From positions 1 through 50,244 of IMG/VR virus record IMGVR_UViG_3300005057_000001: 50,244 nucleotides of DNA. One strand, given 5' to 3'. A program made the translations under genes and the position numbers. Below are positions 9,244 through 19,400 of this stretch, in pieces. Below the pieces are notes generated by a model, which did not search any database, was not told the DNA's origin, and worked only from the letters and a program-made list of their open reading frames with translations. This DNA comes from a virus. Lineage: Duplodnaviria; Caudoviricetes. Position 1 is the stretch's first letter. Every line of letters starts with the position of its first letter.

Positions 9244-11012
9244 TAGAAATTGATTATAGCAAGGATAAACTTTTAACAGAGTTTAGCCACAAAACTTTAG
9301 AGGATAGATACTTAGTAGGCGACGAAAAGAGTCCTCAAGAAGCTTTTGCACGTGCTGCAGAAGCTTTTGCTGATGATGACGCACACGCACAAAGACTGTA
9401 TGATTACGCTAGTAGTTTATGGTTTATGTTCTCGACTCCTGTATTATCAAATGGAGGGACTAAGCGGGGTCTACCGATTTCATGCTTCTTGAACTATGTC
9501 GAAGACAGTAGAGAAGGTATTACAGACCACTACACAGAAAACGCTTATCTTTCATCATTTGGTGGTGGAATTGGGGGCAGTTGGAGTGCAGTTCGTTCAC
9601 AAGGTACAAAGACTTCCAAAGGTTCTGAAAGCACTGGAGTGATTCCTTTTGTAAAAGTAGTAGATGCAGAAATGCTTGCTTTTTCACAAGGAGTAACAAG
9701 ACGAGGTAGTTATGCAGGATATTTGCATATTACTCACCCAGAGATAGAAGAATTTTTGGATATGAGAAAACCAACAGGTGGAGACACGAATCGTAAATGT
9801 CTCAACCTACATCATGGAGTAGTAATCTCAGATAAATTTATGGAGATTATACACCGTGCAACAAAAGAAGAAGGCTTCGACGATAGCTGGGACTTAATTG
9901 ACCCACATAGTAAAGAAGTCAAAAAGACTGTAAGTGCAAGAGCATTATGGGTAAAATTATTGCAGAATCGAATGGAGACAGGTGAACCCTATCTTATGTT
10001 TGAAGACGCAGTAAATGCTGAACTGCCACAATTTCAGAAAGACTTAGGTTTATATGTCAACCATAGTAATCTATGTTCTGAAATCACACTTGCAACCAAC
10101 GACGAGAGAACAGCAGTTTGCTGTTTATCGAGTGTAAATTTAGAGTATTATGATGAATGGAGTAAGGTTCCTGCTTTTATTCCAGATTTAATTCGTATGC
10201 TCGACAATGTGCTTACATACTTTATAGAGAATGCACCAGATTCAATGGAAAAAGCAAAATTTAGTGCAATGAGAGAAAGAAGTATTGGACTGGGAGCAAT
10301 GGGCTTCCATGCGTATCTACAGAGAAACATGATTTCTTTTGAGAGCATCTTTGCTGCAGGTATGAATACAGAAATGTTCAAACATATAAAGTCACAGGCA
10401 CAACAAACAACTGAACAGCTAGCAGTAGAAAGAGGCGCATGTCCAGATGACAGTTCTTGCTCAGTAAGAAATGCTCATTTATTGGCTATTGCTCCTAACG
10501 CTAGTTCTTCCATTATTTGTGGAAATACAAGTCCTAGTATTGAACCTTACAGAGCTAATGCGTTTACGCAAAAAACTAAGTCTGGTTCGTTCTTACAAAA
10601 GAATAAATACTTAGACTATGTACTGTCTCGAAAAATAGGACATACTGCAGTGTATGAAGATACTTGGAAAAGTATAGTCACAAATAAAGGAAGTGTTCAA
10701 CATCTGGATATACTAACACCAGAAGAAAAAGAGGTATTTAAAACTGCTGTAGAAATTAATCAGTCATGGGTTATAGAACACGCTGCAGAAAGACAACAGT
10801 ACGTATGTCAAGCACAAAGCGTAAACTTATTCTTTCCGCCTGATGTAAACAAAGGTGAACTTCACAATGTTCATATGTTAGCATGGGCAAAGAATATGAA
10901 AACTCTATACTATCTTAGAAGTGAGGCGATTTCAAGAGCAGACAATGTATCAAATGAAGTAAAAAGAGAGATAATCTTTGAACAACAAGATTGTCTAAGT
11001 TGTGAGGGTTAA
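9240..11012 (+). CDS. nrdA: Ribonucleotide reductase class I alpha subunit (no N-terminal ATP cone)
   Basis: STPVLSN, ISCFL, NLCSEI, AVCCL, IAPNASSS, LYYLRS, C-terminal CLSCEG. Confidence 0.96.
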   Translation: MIEIDYSKDKLLTEFSHKTLEDRYLVGDEKSPQEAFARAAEAFADDDAHAQRLYDYASSLWFMFSTPVLSNGGTKRGLPISCFLNYVEDSREGITDHYTENAYLSSFGGGIGGSWSAVRSQGTKTSKGSESTGVIPFVKVVDAEMLAFSQGVTRRGSYAGYLHITHPEIEEFLDMRKPTGGDTNRKCLNLHHGVVISDKFMEIIHRATKEEGFDDSWDLIDPHSKEVKKTVSARALWVKLLQNRMETGEPYLMFEDAVNAELPQFQKDLGLYVNHSNLCSEITLATNDERTAVCCLSSVNLEYYDEWSKVPAFIPDLIRMLDNVLTYFIENAPDSMEKAKFSAMRERSIGLGAMGFHAYLQRNMISFESIFAAGMNTEMFKHIKSQAQQTTEQLAVERGACPDDSSCSVRNAHLLAIAPNASSSIICGNTSPSIEPYRANAFTQKTKSGSFLQKNKYLDYVLSRKIGHTAVYEDTWKSIVTNKGSVQHLDILTPEEKEVFKTAVEINQSWVIEHAAERQQYVCQAQSVNLFFPPDVNKGELHNVHMLAWAKNMKTLYYLRSEAISRADNVSNEVKREIIFEQQDCLSCEG

Positions 11013-11972
11013 ATGAGTTTATTAAAAGAAAGAGAGTATTATAAACCTTTTAAATATCCTTGGGCATTTGAAAATTATAAAAAGCAACAACAGATGCATT
11101 GGTTGCCAGACGAAGTGCCATTACAAGACGATATTAAGGATTATAAAGAAAAACTAAGTGAGGAAGAAAGAAAGTTACTAGATAACATTTTTAAGTTCTT
11201 TACTCAGGCAGATGTAGACGTTTGTGGGGGTTATGCACACCACTACTTGCCTACATTTAAACAACCAGAAATACGAATGATGTTAGTTGCTTACGCATCT
11301 ATGGAGGCAGTACATCAGGAAGCATATTCTCTATTGCTAGAGACATTGGGCAAGGATGAGGAAATGTATCAAGAATTTATGGATATTAATGCCATGATGG
11401 AAAAACATGAGTATCTACAAGATTTTAGTATGGATACTCCGTTTGACATGGCAAAAACTATGGCGGTATATAGTGCATTTACAGAAGGAGTACAACTATT
11501 TAGTAGTTTTGCTATTCTTCTTAACTACCCGAGACATAACTTAATGAAAGGTATGGGACAGATTGTTACATGGTCAATAAGAGACGAGTCTCTTCATGTC
11601 GAAGGTTTATCTCAACTTTTCAGAACTTTTATCAGTGAAAATCCAGAATTATGGACTGATAAACTAAAGTATGAAATTTATTGCGCTGCTGAAAAAGTAG
11701 TAGAACTAGAAGATGCTTTTATTGACATTTGTTTTAATAAAGTATCAGTTCCAGACTTAACAGCAAAAGAAGTAAAAGAATATATACGTTATATTGCAGA
11801 TCGAAGGCTATTAGGAATCGGTATGAAGAAAATATTTCATAGTACTGATAATCCTCTTCCATGGATAGATATGCAAGTAAACGCCGTTGAGCATACCAAC
11901 TTTTTCGAAAACCGTGCTACCGAGTATGCTAAGGCTAGTACACAAGGAAATTGGCAAGATATTTTTAAATAA
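11013..11972 (+). CDS. nrdB: Ribonucleotide reductase class I beta subunit
   Basis: Di-metal ligands TQAD, EAVH, TEG, DESLH; radical Tyr in EAYS; NFFE.RATEY tail. Confidence 0.96.
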   Translation: MSLLKEREYYKPFKYPWAFENYKKQQQMHWLPDEVPLQDDIKDYKEKLSEEERKLLDNIFKFFTQADVDVCGGYAHHYLPTFKQPEIRMMLVAYASMEAVHQEAYSLLLETLGKDEEMYQEFMDINAMMEKHEYLQDFSMDTPFDMAKTMAVYSAFTEGVQLFSSFAILLNYPRHNLMKGMGQIVTWSIRDESLHVEGLSQLFRTFISENPELWTDKLKYEIYCAAEKVVELEDAFIDICFNKVSVPDLTAKEVKEYIRYIADRRLLGIGMKKIFHSTDNPLPWIDMQVNAVEHTNFFENRATEYAKASTQGNWQDIFK

Positions 11973-11983
11973 GGAGAAAAATT

Positions 11984-12244
11984 ATGTCGACAGAAGAAAT
12001 GAATCCACAAGTAGGACAACAGGAAGAGCCTGTTCTAGTGCTTGACGATAAAAAATATGTGATTTCTGAATTAAGTGATGAAGCAAAATATATAGTTGCT
12101 TGTTTGAACAGTCTTCAACAAAAGAAGGGTGGCCTACAGATGGAACTAGACCAAATTTTTGTTTCTATCGAAGGATTTACAGCTAAATTGAAAGACGCTG
12201 TAGAAAATCCACCAGAGGACACAGAGGTCGTAGAGGCCGAATAA
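11984..12244 (+). CDS. Small acidic helical hypothetical protein
   Basis: AAGGAG RBS; 86 aa; followed directly by the terminator. Confidence 0.75.
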   Translation: MSTEEMNPQVGQQEEPVLVLDDKKYVISELSDEAKYIVACLNSLQQKKGGLQMELDQIFVSIEGFTAKLKDAVENPPEDTEVVEAE

Positions 12245-12245
12245 C

Positions 12246-12270
12246 AAAAAGGGGCTTTATGCCCCTTTTT
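12246..12270. terminator. Bidirectional intrinsic terminator
   Basis: AAAAAGGGGC-TTTAT-GCCCCTTTTT: GC stem with T tracts on both strands at the convergence of the two modules. Confidence 0.92.
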
Positions 12271-12401
12271 TATATAAGTAAATAAATTAGTAAACTCCAC
12301 CCAAAAGCAGCAATTAATATAATACATATTGCTTCTAGTGCTGAATCTTTAGCTATTCCTATTTTATGAAGTAAATGCGGAATCCATTCATCAGGCATCA
12401 T
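12270..12401 (-). CDS. 43-aa single-pass membrane peptide (absent from ORF track)
   Basis: MMPDEWIPHLLHKIGIAKDSALEAICIILIAAFGWSLLIYLLI*; ATGA overlap with upstream stop (12398-12401); exactly fills the gap to the terminator. Confidence 0.65.
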   Translation of the reverse strand: MMPDEWIPHLLHKIGIAKDSALEAICIILIAAFGWSLLIYLLI

Positions 12402-12901
12402 ACAAAATTCCAAAAAACTAAACTATATCGAGTACCTTTTGTTACTTTTGATACACCATGCTTTGGTCTAAGGTGTACGTCGCCTTCAGGTTGCGGAATC
12501 TGTATAAGTGAACCTGCTTTTTGATCTATTTCAACTCCTTCTACTGAGAGTATTCCACCTTCATAGTCTTCATTTAGTGGTATAATCATTAAATCTTTTG
12601 ACCTTAAATCTAAGCCAGGTTCATAACAGTCAGAATGTAGCATACCAGTTCTATCTCTATGTTCTTTTACAAAGTCTCCTACATCATATCTCATCACTTT
12701 TGTACCTAGTACCTTTCCTCCGTTCCACTCTTCGAAAAGATGAGGAACAAAAGACTGTTTGACTTGTCTAATTAAGTGTCCGTATTCATTTATTTCACCA
12801 TCATGACCTATTACTGGGTCAACATGCCAGTCGTGTTCCATATTAATTAAATTCTCACACTTTTCTAGTGAGAGAAAATTGTCAATAATCTCGTACTTCA
12901 T
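12398..12901 (-). CDS. 2OG-Fe(II) oxygenase
   Basis: RY..GD...HRD, LNEDYEGG, HGVSKVTKGTRYSLVFW. Confidence 0.9.
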   Translation of the reverse strand: MKYEIIDNFLSLEKCENLINMEHDWHVDPVIGHDGEINEYGHLIRQVKQSFVPHLFEEWNGGKVLGTKVMRYDVGDFVKEHRDRTGMLHSDCYEPGLDLRSKDLMIIPLNEDYEGGILSVEGVEIDQKAGSLIQIPQPEGDVHLRPKHGVSKVTKGTRYSLVFWNFV

Positions 12902-13499
12902 TTAAAATCTCCTCTATTATCTCCCAGTTCTTGTTTGGGTCTCCATAATCGTTTGCAGCTCCTACAAACTCTCCTATATTTGGTCTCACTATCTTTGGAA
13001 ATATTTTACGCCTGTAGTTTAATGGATAAGGCCAAGAGAAATCAAATGTAACTTTTGTTACTACATGCTCTGTAATAAGTTCTAGATCGTGATAGTCATT
13101 GTATAAGTGAAACATACTTTCACCTTGTTGTAGAGTTTTTCTATCCATTTCACATAACTCTACTTTTTCATGTATTGAAAAATTTTTTCCATCTTTCCAA
13201 CACTGTACCCATTCTTGTATGTATTCTCCATGATCATCTGGTTTTACATCATAAAGTACATTTTCGTAACTTCCATAAATAGCTTCAGATATGAAATTTT
13301 CTCTATGGGTATGTACGAATTTTGCAGTCGCAGGTATATACTTGTCAGAATAAAAATTTATGAATGATTTGTCTTTCATACACAATCTTATGCAACCTAA
13401 CCCATGATAGTAGGGCTGCATAGGACTACCAACTAAATGTTCTCTTTGAGATAAATCATCGATGATGTTTTTTCTAAGGTAGTCAATGTTCATAAGCAT
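12882..13499 (-). CDS. Putative cupin-fold metal-binding protein
   Basis: HGLG.I.L, HTHR..F.S...G.Y.N and a distal H (DYH) resemble cupin metal ligands. Confidence 0.5.
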   Translation of the reverse strand: MLMNIDYLRKNIIDDLSQREHLVGSPMQPYYHGLGCIRLCMKDKSFINFYSDKYIPATAKFVHTHRENFISEAIYGSYENVLYDVKPDDHGEYIQEWVQCWKDGKNFSIHEKVELCEMDRKTLQQGESMFHLYNDYHDLELITEHVVTKVTFDFSWPYPLNYRRKIFPKIVRPNIGEFVGAANDYGDPNKNWEIIEEILNEVRDY

Positions 13500-13995
13500 A
13501 TTGTGGTTTAAAATAATTATAAAATCTGTCAGCGTGTCTTATCTTTAGTTCGTGATGACGAATTAATTTATCTATTTCTATTCTATTATAGAATAAATCT
13601 TCATAGTACCAAATCTTGTCAGTAGCTTCTGCTTCTAGTCTTTCATGATTTTTCATGTAGTGTTCTCTTATGCCGGGAACTTCTGGTATATTTGGATTTG
13701 GTTTATACTTATCTACAAAATTTCTTTCATGTTGAGCCTGTTTATAGCTTTGAAATCCTGCTTCTTTGTCTCTTCTTGAAATAAAAATTACTTTGTCGTA
13801 TGCACTAATAACATGTCCCCAATGATCTTTATGGCTTATTAAACTTTTAACTATATGCTCTCCTTGAGGAAGAACATGGTTCCATTTACTCCAAGGCTCA
13901 TAAAATGCATGATATTCAAAGTAATTACTAGCAATAGCTTGGTATAAGGCACTAGAGCCTGAACGAGGGGTAGCTAATATTAGTAAATTTTTCAT
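13483..13995 (-). CDS. PAPS-dependent sulfotransferase family protein
   Basis: 5'-PSB loop ATPRSGSS, EP, 3'-PB-like R.D......S, YYEDL. Start moved to ATG 13995 (ATGA overlap). Confidence 0.75.
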   Translation of the reverse strand: MKNLLILATPRSGSSALYQAIASNYFEYHAFYEPWSKWNHVLPQGEHIVKSLISHKDHWGHVISAYDKVIFISRRDKEAGFQSYKQAQHERNFVDKYKPNPNIPEVPGIREHYMKNHERLEAEATDKIWYYEDLFYNRIEIDKLIRHHELKIRHADRFYNYFKPQYAYEH

Positions 13996-14468
13996 AATTT
14001 TATTAAATCTGATAATAGAATTGGATAAGTCCAATGTCTATTTATATACTTTCCATCTTTTCTAGCAAATACTTGTTTTACTTTATATAAGTGTTCTGAA
14101 ATTTTTTCTACTTCTCTTCCATGAAATTCATTGTTTTTTTGTCTCCAAACTTTGTATCTATGTATATCTTCATTAAAGTAGTATAAATCTTCAGTACATG
14201 TATTAAATCTAGGTATATGTTCAAATAGTTTTGTTGAAGTATAGAGTGTTGGGTCGAGCGGGGTCTGCAAGAGTTTGCGATACTTGCAATAAAGTTCCCA
14301 AACTCTTTCCCCTAACTCTGAAGTTACATTGCCTACAAATTTTAAGTCTATATCTTCAGTTTCATTAAATCCGAAGTTACTCCATAAGTAAATATCATGT
14401 TCTGGAAATTGTCCAATTAAGTCATCTTTCTTTATAACTTCTATGAAATTACTCAGTGGTTGGCGCAT
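13992..14468 (-). CDS. Hypothetical protein
   Basis: 158-aa ORF overlapping both neighbours; no motif recognised. Confidence 0.6.
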   Translation of the reverse strand: MRQPLSNFIEVIKKDDLIGQFPEHDIYLWSNFGFNETEDIDLKFVGNVTSELGERVWELYCKYRKLLQTPLDPTLYTSTKLFEHIPRFNTCTEDLYYFNEDIHRYKVWRQKNNEFHGREVEKISEHLYKVKQVFARKDGKYINRHWTYPILLSDLIKL

Positions 14469-15816
14469 AGTCTCCGCTTACTGTGAAGCCTTTTGTTCTG
14501 TCTGCACTCCAAACATAGTACCAACCTGGATTTGTACCTAAGTAAACAGGATCAACTGTGCCTGCTACATAACTTCTTGTTATTCCGTCTCTCATATTTT
14601 CTACAGTTACCCATGCACTACTATTTTCATCTGTTAACCAGACTGGGTGATCATTTGTTATATGAATACCTTCTACATTCCAATAACCACTTCGAGTATG
14701 TGTTCTTGCTTCAGTAACTTCTACATACTGTGGTAATACTGTAGCGTCTGTAAGACTTCCTTGGGCAAGAATTCGATCTCCTACTATAATATCCCCAATT
14801 CGTATATAGCCTTTTGTTTGTTCTTTAACAAGCATATCTGGCATAATACATGTGAAATCTGGTACTTCAAATTCTTCATAGCGAATATTGACTCTATCAC
14901 TTGAACTTGTATAGTTTTTAAAGAATGATTTGGTTGTTGTTGTTCCGTTTTGTTTTGTCAGTCTAATATCAAAATATATTGCATTTGATGAATTTGCTCC
15001 TACCATTAGCCTTACCATGTCACCTTCATAATTCACACCAGTTCCTCCAATCTCAGCAGCAATACTGTATGATTGAGAGTTACTATAACTTCCTCCCATT
15101 GCAGAAGGACTTACTGTTATCCAGTTATCCGTAAAGTTAATTGTTGATTGACTTGTAGTTGCAATATTTGATCCTAAGTCTCTATTTCCTGAATGAAGTA
15201 AAGACTGAGAACCTGTTCTATGGTAGTTTGCTGTTATTCTATTGTTTGACCCACTATTTATTGTTGAAATACCATTTACAACTCTCCATCTTACTTCTAC
15301 TTTTGAACAACCAGTAGTAAAATTAGATATAGCAAAAGCTTGCGACTGTCCTGAAGATGACGTTTCATCTCCTGAACTACTCACATTACACCCTACATGA
15401 TCGTCTACTAAACTCCAAGCGAGTCCTGCTCCTCCCCATGTTAAATTAATCTGTGATATTACTTTACCTACAGTGGAGCCTGAGCTTGCGCCTTCTCCCT
15501 CTACACTAGCCCAATTTGATCCTGTGTCATAAGCTGTAGTACCGTTTGTCCAAAAAGCTTGTGCAGCCGCATAGTCATGATCGTAGCTATAAAACTCGCT
15601 CATTGCATAAGGGGCTGTTTGGTTAGGTGGATTTGATGCCGAAGCAGAATTTAAATTTATATTACCACCAGTGGAAGTATCACTATGAGAATTACTAGAA
15701 AGCCCTCTTAAACTAAGATTGCTTTCTCCGTCCATATTAGCTGCTGTGTAATCGTTCTCATTCTTTTCTGAGAAGATTCCTTTCATGCTTAGTGTTCCAC
15801 TGCTTGGTACTGCCAT
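14449..15816 (-). CDS. Putative fibre-associated virion protein with C-terminal Hint (intein-like) domain
   Basis: N-terminus MAVPSSGTLSM...PYAMSEFY; Ser/Thr/Gly-rich body; Hint block A (CIMPDMLV, Cys323), I.DI.VGD.I, block B (ITNDHPVW). Confidence 0.75.
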   Translation of the reverse strand: MAVPSSGTLSMKGIFSEKNENDYTAANMDGESNLSLRGLSSNSHSDTSTGGNINLNSASASNPPNQTAPYAMSEFYSYDHDYAAAQAFWTNGTTAYDTGSNWASVEGEGASSGSTVGKVISQINLTWGGAGLAWSLVDDHVGCNVSSSGDETSSSGQSQAFAISNFTTGCSKVEVRWRVVNGISTINSGSNNRITANYHRTGSQSLLHSGNRDLGSNIATTSQSTINFTDNWITVSPSAMGGSYSNSQSYSIAAEIGGTGVNYEGDMVRLMVGANSSNAIYFDIRLTKQNGTTTTKSFFKNYTSSSDRVNIRYEEFEVPDFTCIMPDMLVKEQTKGYIRIGDIIVGDRILAQGSLTDATVLPQYVEVTEARTHTRSGYWNVEGIHITNDHPVWLTDENSSAWVTVENMRDGITRSYVAGTVDPVYLGTNPGWYYVWSADRTKGFTVSGDYAPTTE

Positions 15817-15819
15817 TTT

Positions 15820-16086
15820 TTAACTCCAGATTGCCTGACAAACAGTTCTTACTAATGCGTCTTTTCCTGACACATCAGTTGCTGAGCCACCATCTTCTAC
15901 ATATTTAAATAAAGTTTCAAATCTAAAGTTGAAAACTGGTAAATCAGAGTCACTATCATCATCAATAGTGTCCTTATATTCTATTCTTACTGAAGGGTGT
16001 GCATCATTTGCTGTTGAAGCTGCACTACTGTCTATAGCTGGTTTTACCTCTAGCCAAGCTACTTCTGTTACTTTTGTTATAGCCAT
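15820..16086 (-). CDS. Small acidic hypothetical protein, probably fibre-associated
   Basis: 88 aa, MAITK...DVSGKDALVRTVCQAIWS; TAATG-coupled. Confidence 0.7.
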   Translation of the reverse strand: MAITKVTEVAWLEVKPAIDSSAASTANDAHPSVRIEYKDTIDDDSDSDLPVFNFRFETLFKYVEDGGSATDVSGKDALVRTVCQAIWS

Positions 16087-16325
16087 TATTCGCCCCCTTC
16101 TTCTTCTTCAACGGGTGCTGTAATAGCTCCTACTGCGATTTTATTTTCTACGCCTGCTGCGACTTCTGCAACTCTTACTGCAGTTGCATCTGCATCATAA
16201 GAACCACTAGTAAATACTGCATTTACAGTTCTCGTATGTACAAGACTAGGGCTGTCGCTTGTAAATGTTACCTCTACAGTTGTTTCATCTCCTGTCGGGG
16301 CTTCATAAGCTGTTGTTACTGCCAT
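16086..16325 (-). CDS. Small acidic hypothetical protein
   Basis: 79 aa, AGGAG RBS, first gene after the promoter at 16376-16404. Confidence 0.72.
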   Translation of the reverse strand: MAVTTAYEAPTGDETTVEVTFTSDSPSLVHTRTVNAVFTSGSYDADATAVRVAEVAAGVENKIAVGAITAPVEEEEGGE

Positions 16326-16375
16326 TTTATTTCTCCTATATTTCTGTGCCGTTTATACGGCGGGTTATTTTTTAA

Positions 16376-16404
16376 ATTATACCAAAATTTTATTCTATTG
16401 TCAA
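16376..16404 (-). promoter_or_regulatory. Consensus sigma70 promoter with extended -10
   Basis: Minus strand TTGACA, 17 bp, TGG-TATAAT. Confidence 0.85.
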
Positions 16405-16407
16405 GAA

Positions 16408-19400
16408 CTATTTTTGGCCTTGTAAATCTTTAATTTGTTGTTTAAGTTCTTCAATTTGTTCTTGTTGCTCTTTAATAGCTTGTATAGCTAGAGTTACCAT
16501 TTTATCGTACTTAATTGTTTTGTACTCTGGCTCATCCCTTTCTCCATCGTGCAGTGGGTCGTAATTAGGTGAATCTGGGTCTGCATAACCCATTTCTTTG
16601 TTTTTGTCAGCATTTCCTTGAACAACTGTACCCATAGGAAACACAGCATCAACTTCTTGAGCAATCATACCAAAGTCTTTATCGCCTTCTTTCTTTTTCC
16701 AGACTGACTCTGCTTTTTTATTCCATTCGAAGGTAACTCCTCTTATGCCTTTTAATATTTCTAAAGCATTTGGAATAGTTTCTACATTCTGCTTTAGTCT
16801 TGCATCTGAGTAGTAAGCTACCACATCTCCATCGACATTAAGAGTTGTACCAATTCGTACGTAACTTAAGCCTCCATTACCTCCACTACCAGTACCAATT
16901 TGAAAGTAATGAGAAGCATGATTAGTAGAACCATAACCGTCCATAAAGTGACAGTTAGAGCCTGATACATCAAGAACTCTACCCATAACTTCAAATTCAT
17001 TCCAGTTACCGTGTATTCTTACACCAGCGTGATTACTATAAAAAGCACTTGTTGATGATATTTTTCTATTTGTAGTGTTTGCATTAAATCTAATTTCAGA
17101 ACAGCCTAAAGGTTTAGCTCCTCCCTGACCTACGTTTACGCCTACTCCAGAGTAATAAACAAGCTCTAAAGTATCATTAGTTAAGCCAGATTCAACTGTA
17201 TCAAAATATCCTGAGTTATAGTTATGCCCACCAGCACCAATACCATAAGTCCCGGTACCTCCATTAAAAAATAATTTCTTACTTGCACCAATTCTTGAGT
17301 GTCCGCCAGCAATATCACCAATACCAAAAATTTGAGTAGTGTTTACAAAAGGCGAGTCGGCCATAAACCTTACACCACCATAAGTAGCACTTGCTCCAAT
17401 TTCGATACCTGTATGCCAGCCTATTGATAGTCTTGAGTGAGAACTGTAGCCATTATTATACTGACCTTTCAGACCAAACATATAATAACCGTTATTATCA
17501 GTTCTTTGTCCCCAGGATATACCTGTTGGATTATTTGAGTCAGTCACAGACGCAGGGTCAGAGGTAGTGTCTGCTAAGTTTAAATGTCTATGACGACCTG
17601 AAGTAAGTCCTTCTCTCCAGAAGAAAGCTCCACCTTGATCTTCAAATCTATCTGCTCTAAAAGAACCAGTCGCTGTAATAGTTGCTGCACTAAGTGCTCC
17701 AGCCCCTGAGAGAGACCAACTGTTTCCAGTTAAAGTGTTGCCACGGAAATAAATATTATCTCCACTAGAATCACCAATATATTGATTTGTTGCATAGTTA
17801 TAGTAATTACCTACACTATTCTGAATGTAAAAATCGCCATTCGCAAAAGCGGTTCTTCCATTAGTATCGCTGTAGAAATAACCATCATTGCCACCGGCAC
17901 CAACATATAAATTATCTTTTACATAGAGGTTATTTTCAACAGTAACATGTGCACCAGATGTAGTTGTGCCTCCACCACCGATTGTCATTAATAATGATTC
18001 GCTACCATCACCATTTCCATCGTTGTTTGTATCAGTAGTTGGGGAGTTATTGTAAAATCGTATTCCTGAATACCCAGCACCTATACGAATACCGGTATGA
18101 TAACCAATAATTAAGTCAGAGTAATTGTTACCTGACCAAGAACCGTTTGCAATATCTACTCCCATTGAGTAGTGATTTGCGTTAAACGTAGTTCCGCCAG
18201 CACCAGAATGGAATCCAAGTTTAAAGGAACTTCCTGTCATGGTGTTTGCATTTTTATGTACTATATTTGTGTTAGGAGCATAGTAAGAACCTTGTTGTCC
18301 ATCAAGAGTATCAGCATCTAGACCTGAACCTGAGCCATCTGATCCTGCATGCCATACAGTATTTGAAACGGCTCCATCAGACCAACCACCCGTAGATAAT
18401 CTATTTGAACCACCATCTAATCCAAAGTAAACCGCGTAGTCACCTCCTACATGGAATGTCATAAAAGCGTCATTACCAGCACCACTAGAAAAACATTCTA
18501 AACCAGCTTGGCTTCCTGATGCAGTAGCCATATTTGTGTTTGAATAAAATCTTTGTAAATTACCGTAGTTACTATAAGTAGTTCCAGCATCTGATCTTGC
18601 AAAACTTGCACTGTTTATACCGTCTAAAGTATCTGCATCTAGACCTGAACCTGAACCATCATTACCAGCAGTCCATGCTTTATTACCAAATAAATAAGGA
18701 ATATTATTGCCAGAATTTAACTCCATTGGATAAGGAGTTTCCCAACTACCATTAGCATCTCTATCTGATAGAATATAAAACCTATTACTGTTTACATGAA
18801 TCCAATGATCATAATGATCTGTATCATTGAATCTGATTTGTGGAGCAGCACTTGAAATTGTTATTGCATTTCCGCCTACATTCATTGTAAGAGCGCCTGT
18901 TAAAGTATCTGCAGCATCACTTCTTACAAAAGAACTGCCATGTATTCCATCAACCGTATCTGCATCTAGACCTGAGCCTGAACCATCGTTACCTGAATTC
19001 CAAAATAAATATCCTGTTCCCCATGAAGATGAATCATAGTTTTGTTTTACAATCCACAAACTAGTATTATCATATTTACTTGATACTAAAGCGGTTGATT
19101 TTTTTACATCGCCACCATTATAAGATGAATTCCAAAATACATCATTCCAAGATCCGCCAAATCCAAGATTTGAACTACTAAGCATAGCAATTTTAAATTT
19201 ACCAGATCCAAATGTACTTGAGTTTGGCTTTTCATTTCCTCCAGAAGAATAGTGACCACCTAAATATGAACCAGCAGCATTACCGGTACTTGTGTAAGTT
19301 TTAGTATTATAATATGAACCATGTTGACCATCGAGTATGTCTGCATCTAGACCTGAACCTGAACCGTCATTACCTGCTGACCAAACTTTATTTAAGCCAC

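Noticed and set aside
1-11972. Introns or inteins in pol, helicase or nrdAB
   Set aside because: All frames are continuous with normally spaced motifs.
532-12327. Short minus-strand ORFs inside the replication genes
   Set aside because: Fully overlap well-supported + strand genes and show no coding features.
14449-14850. Mobile splicing intein
   Set aside because: No homing endonuclease motifs, no terminal His-Asn, no C-extein; kept as a non-splicing Hint domain.
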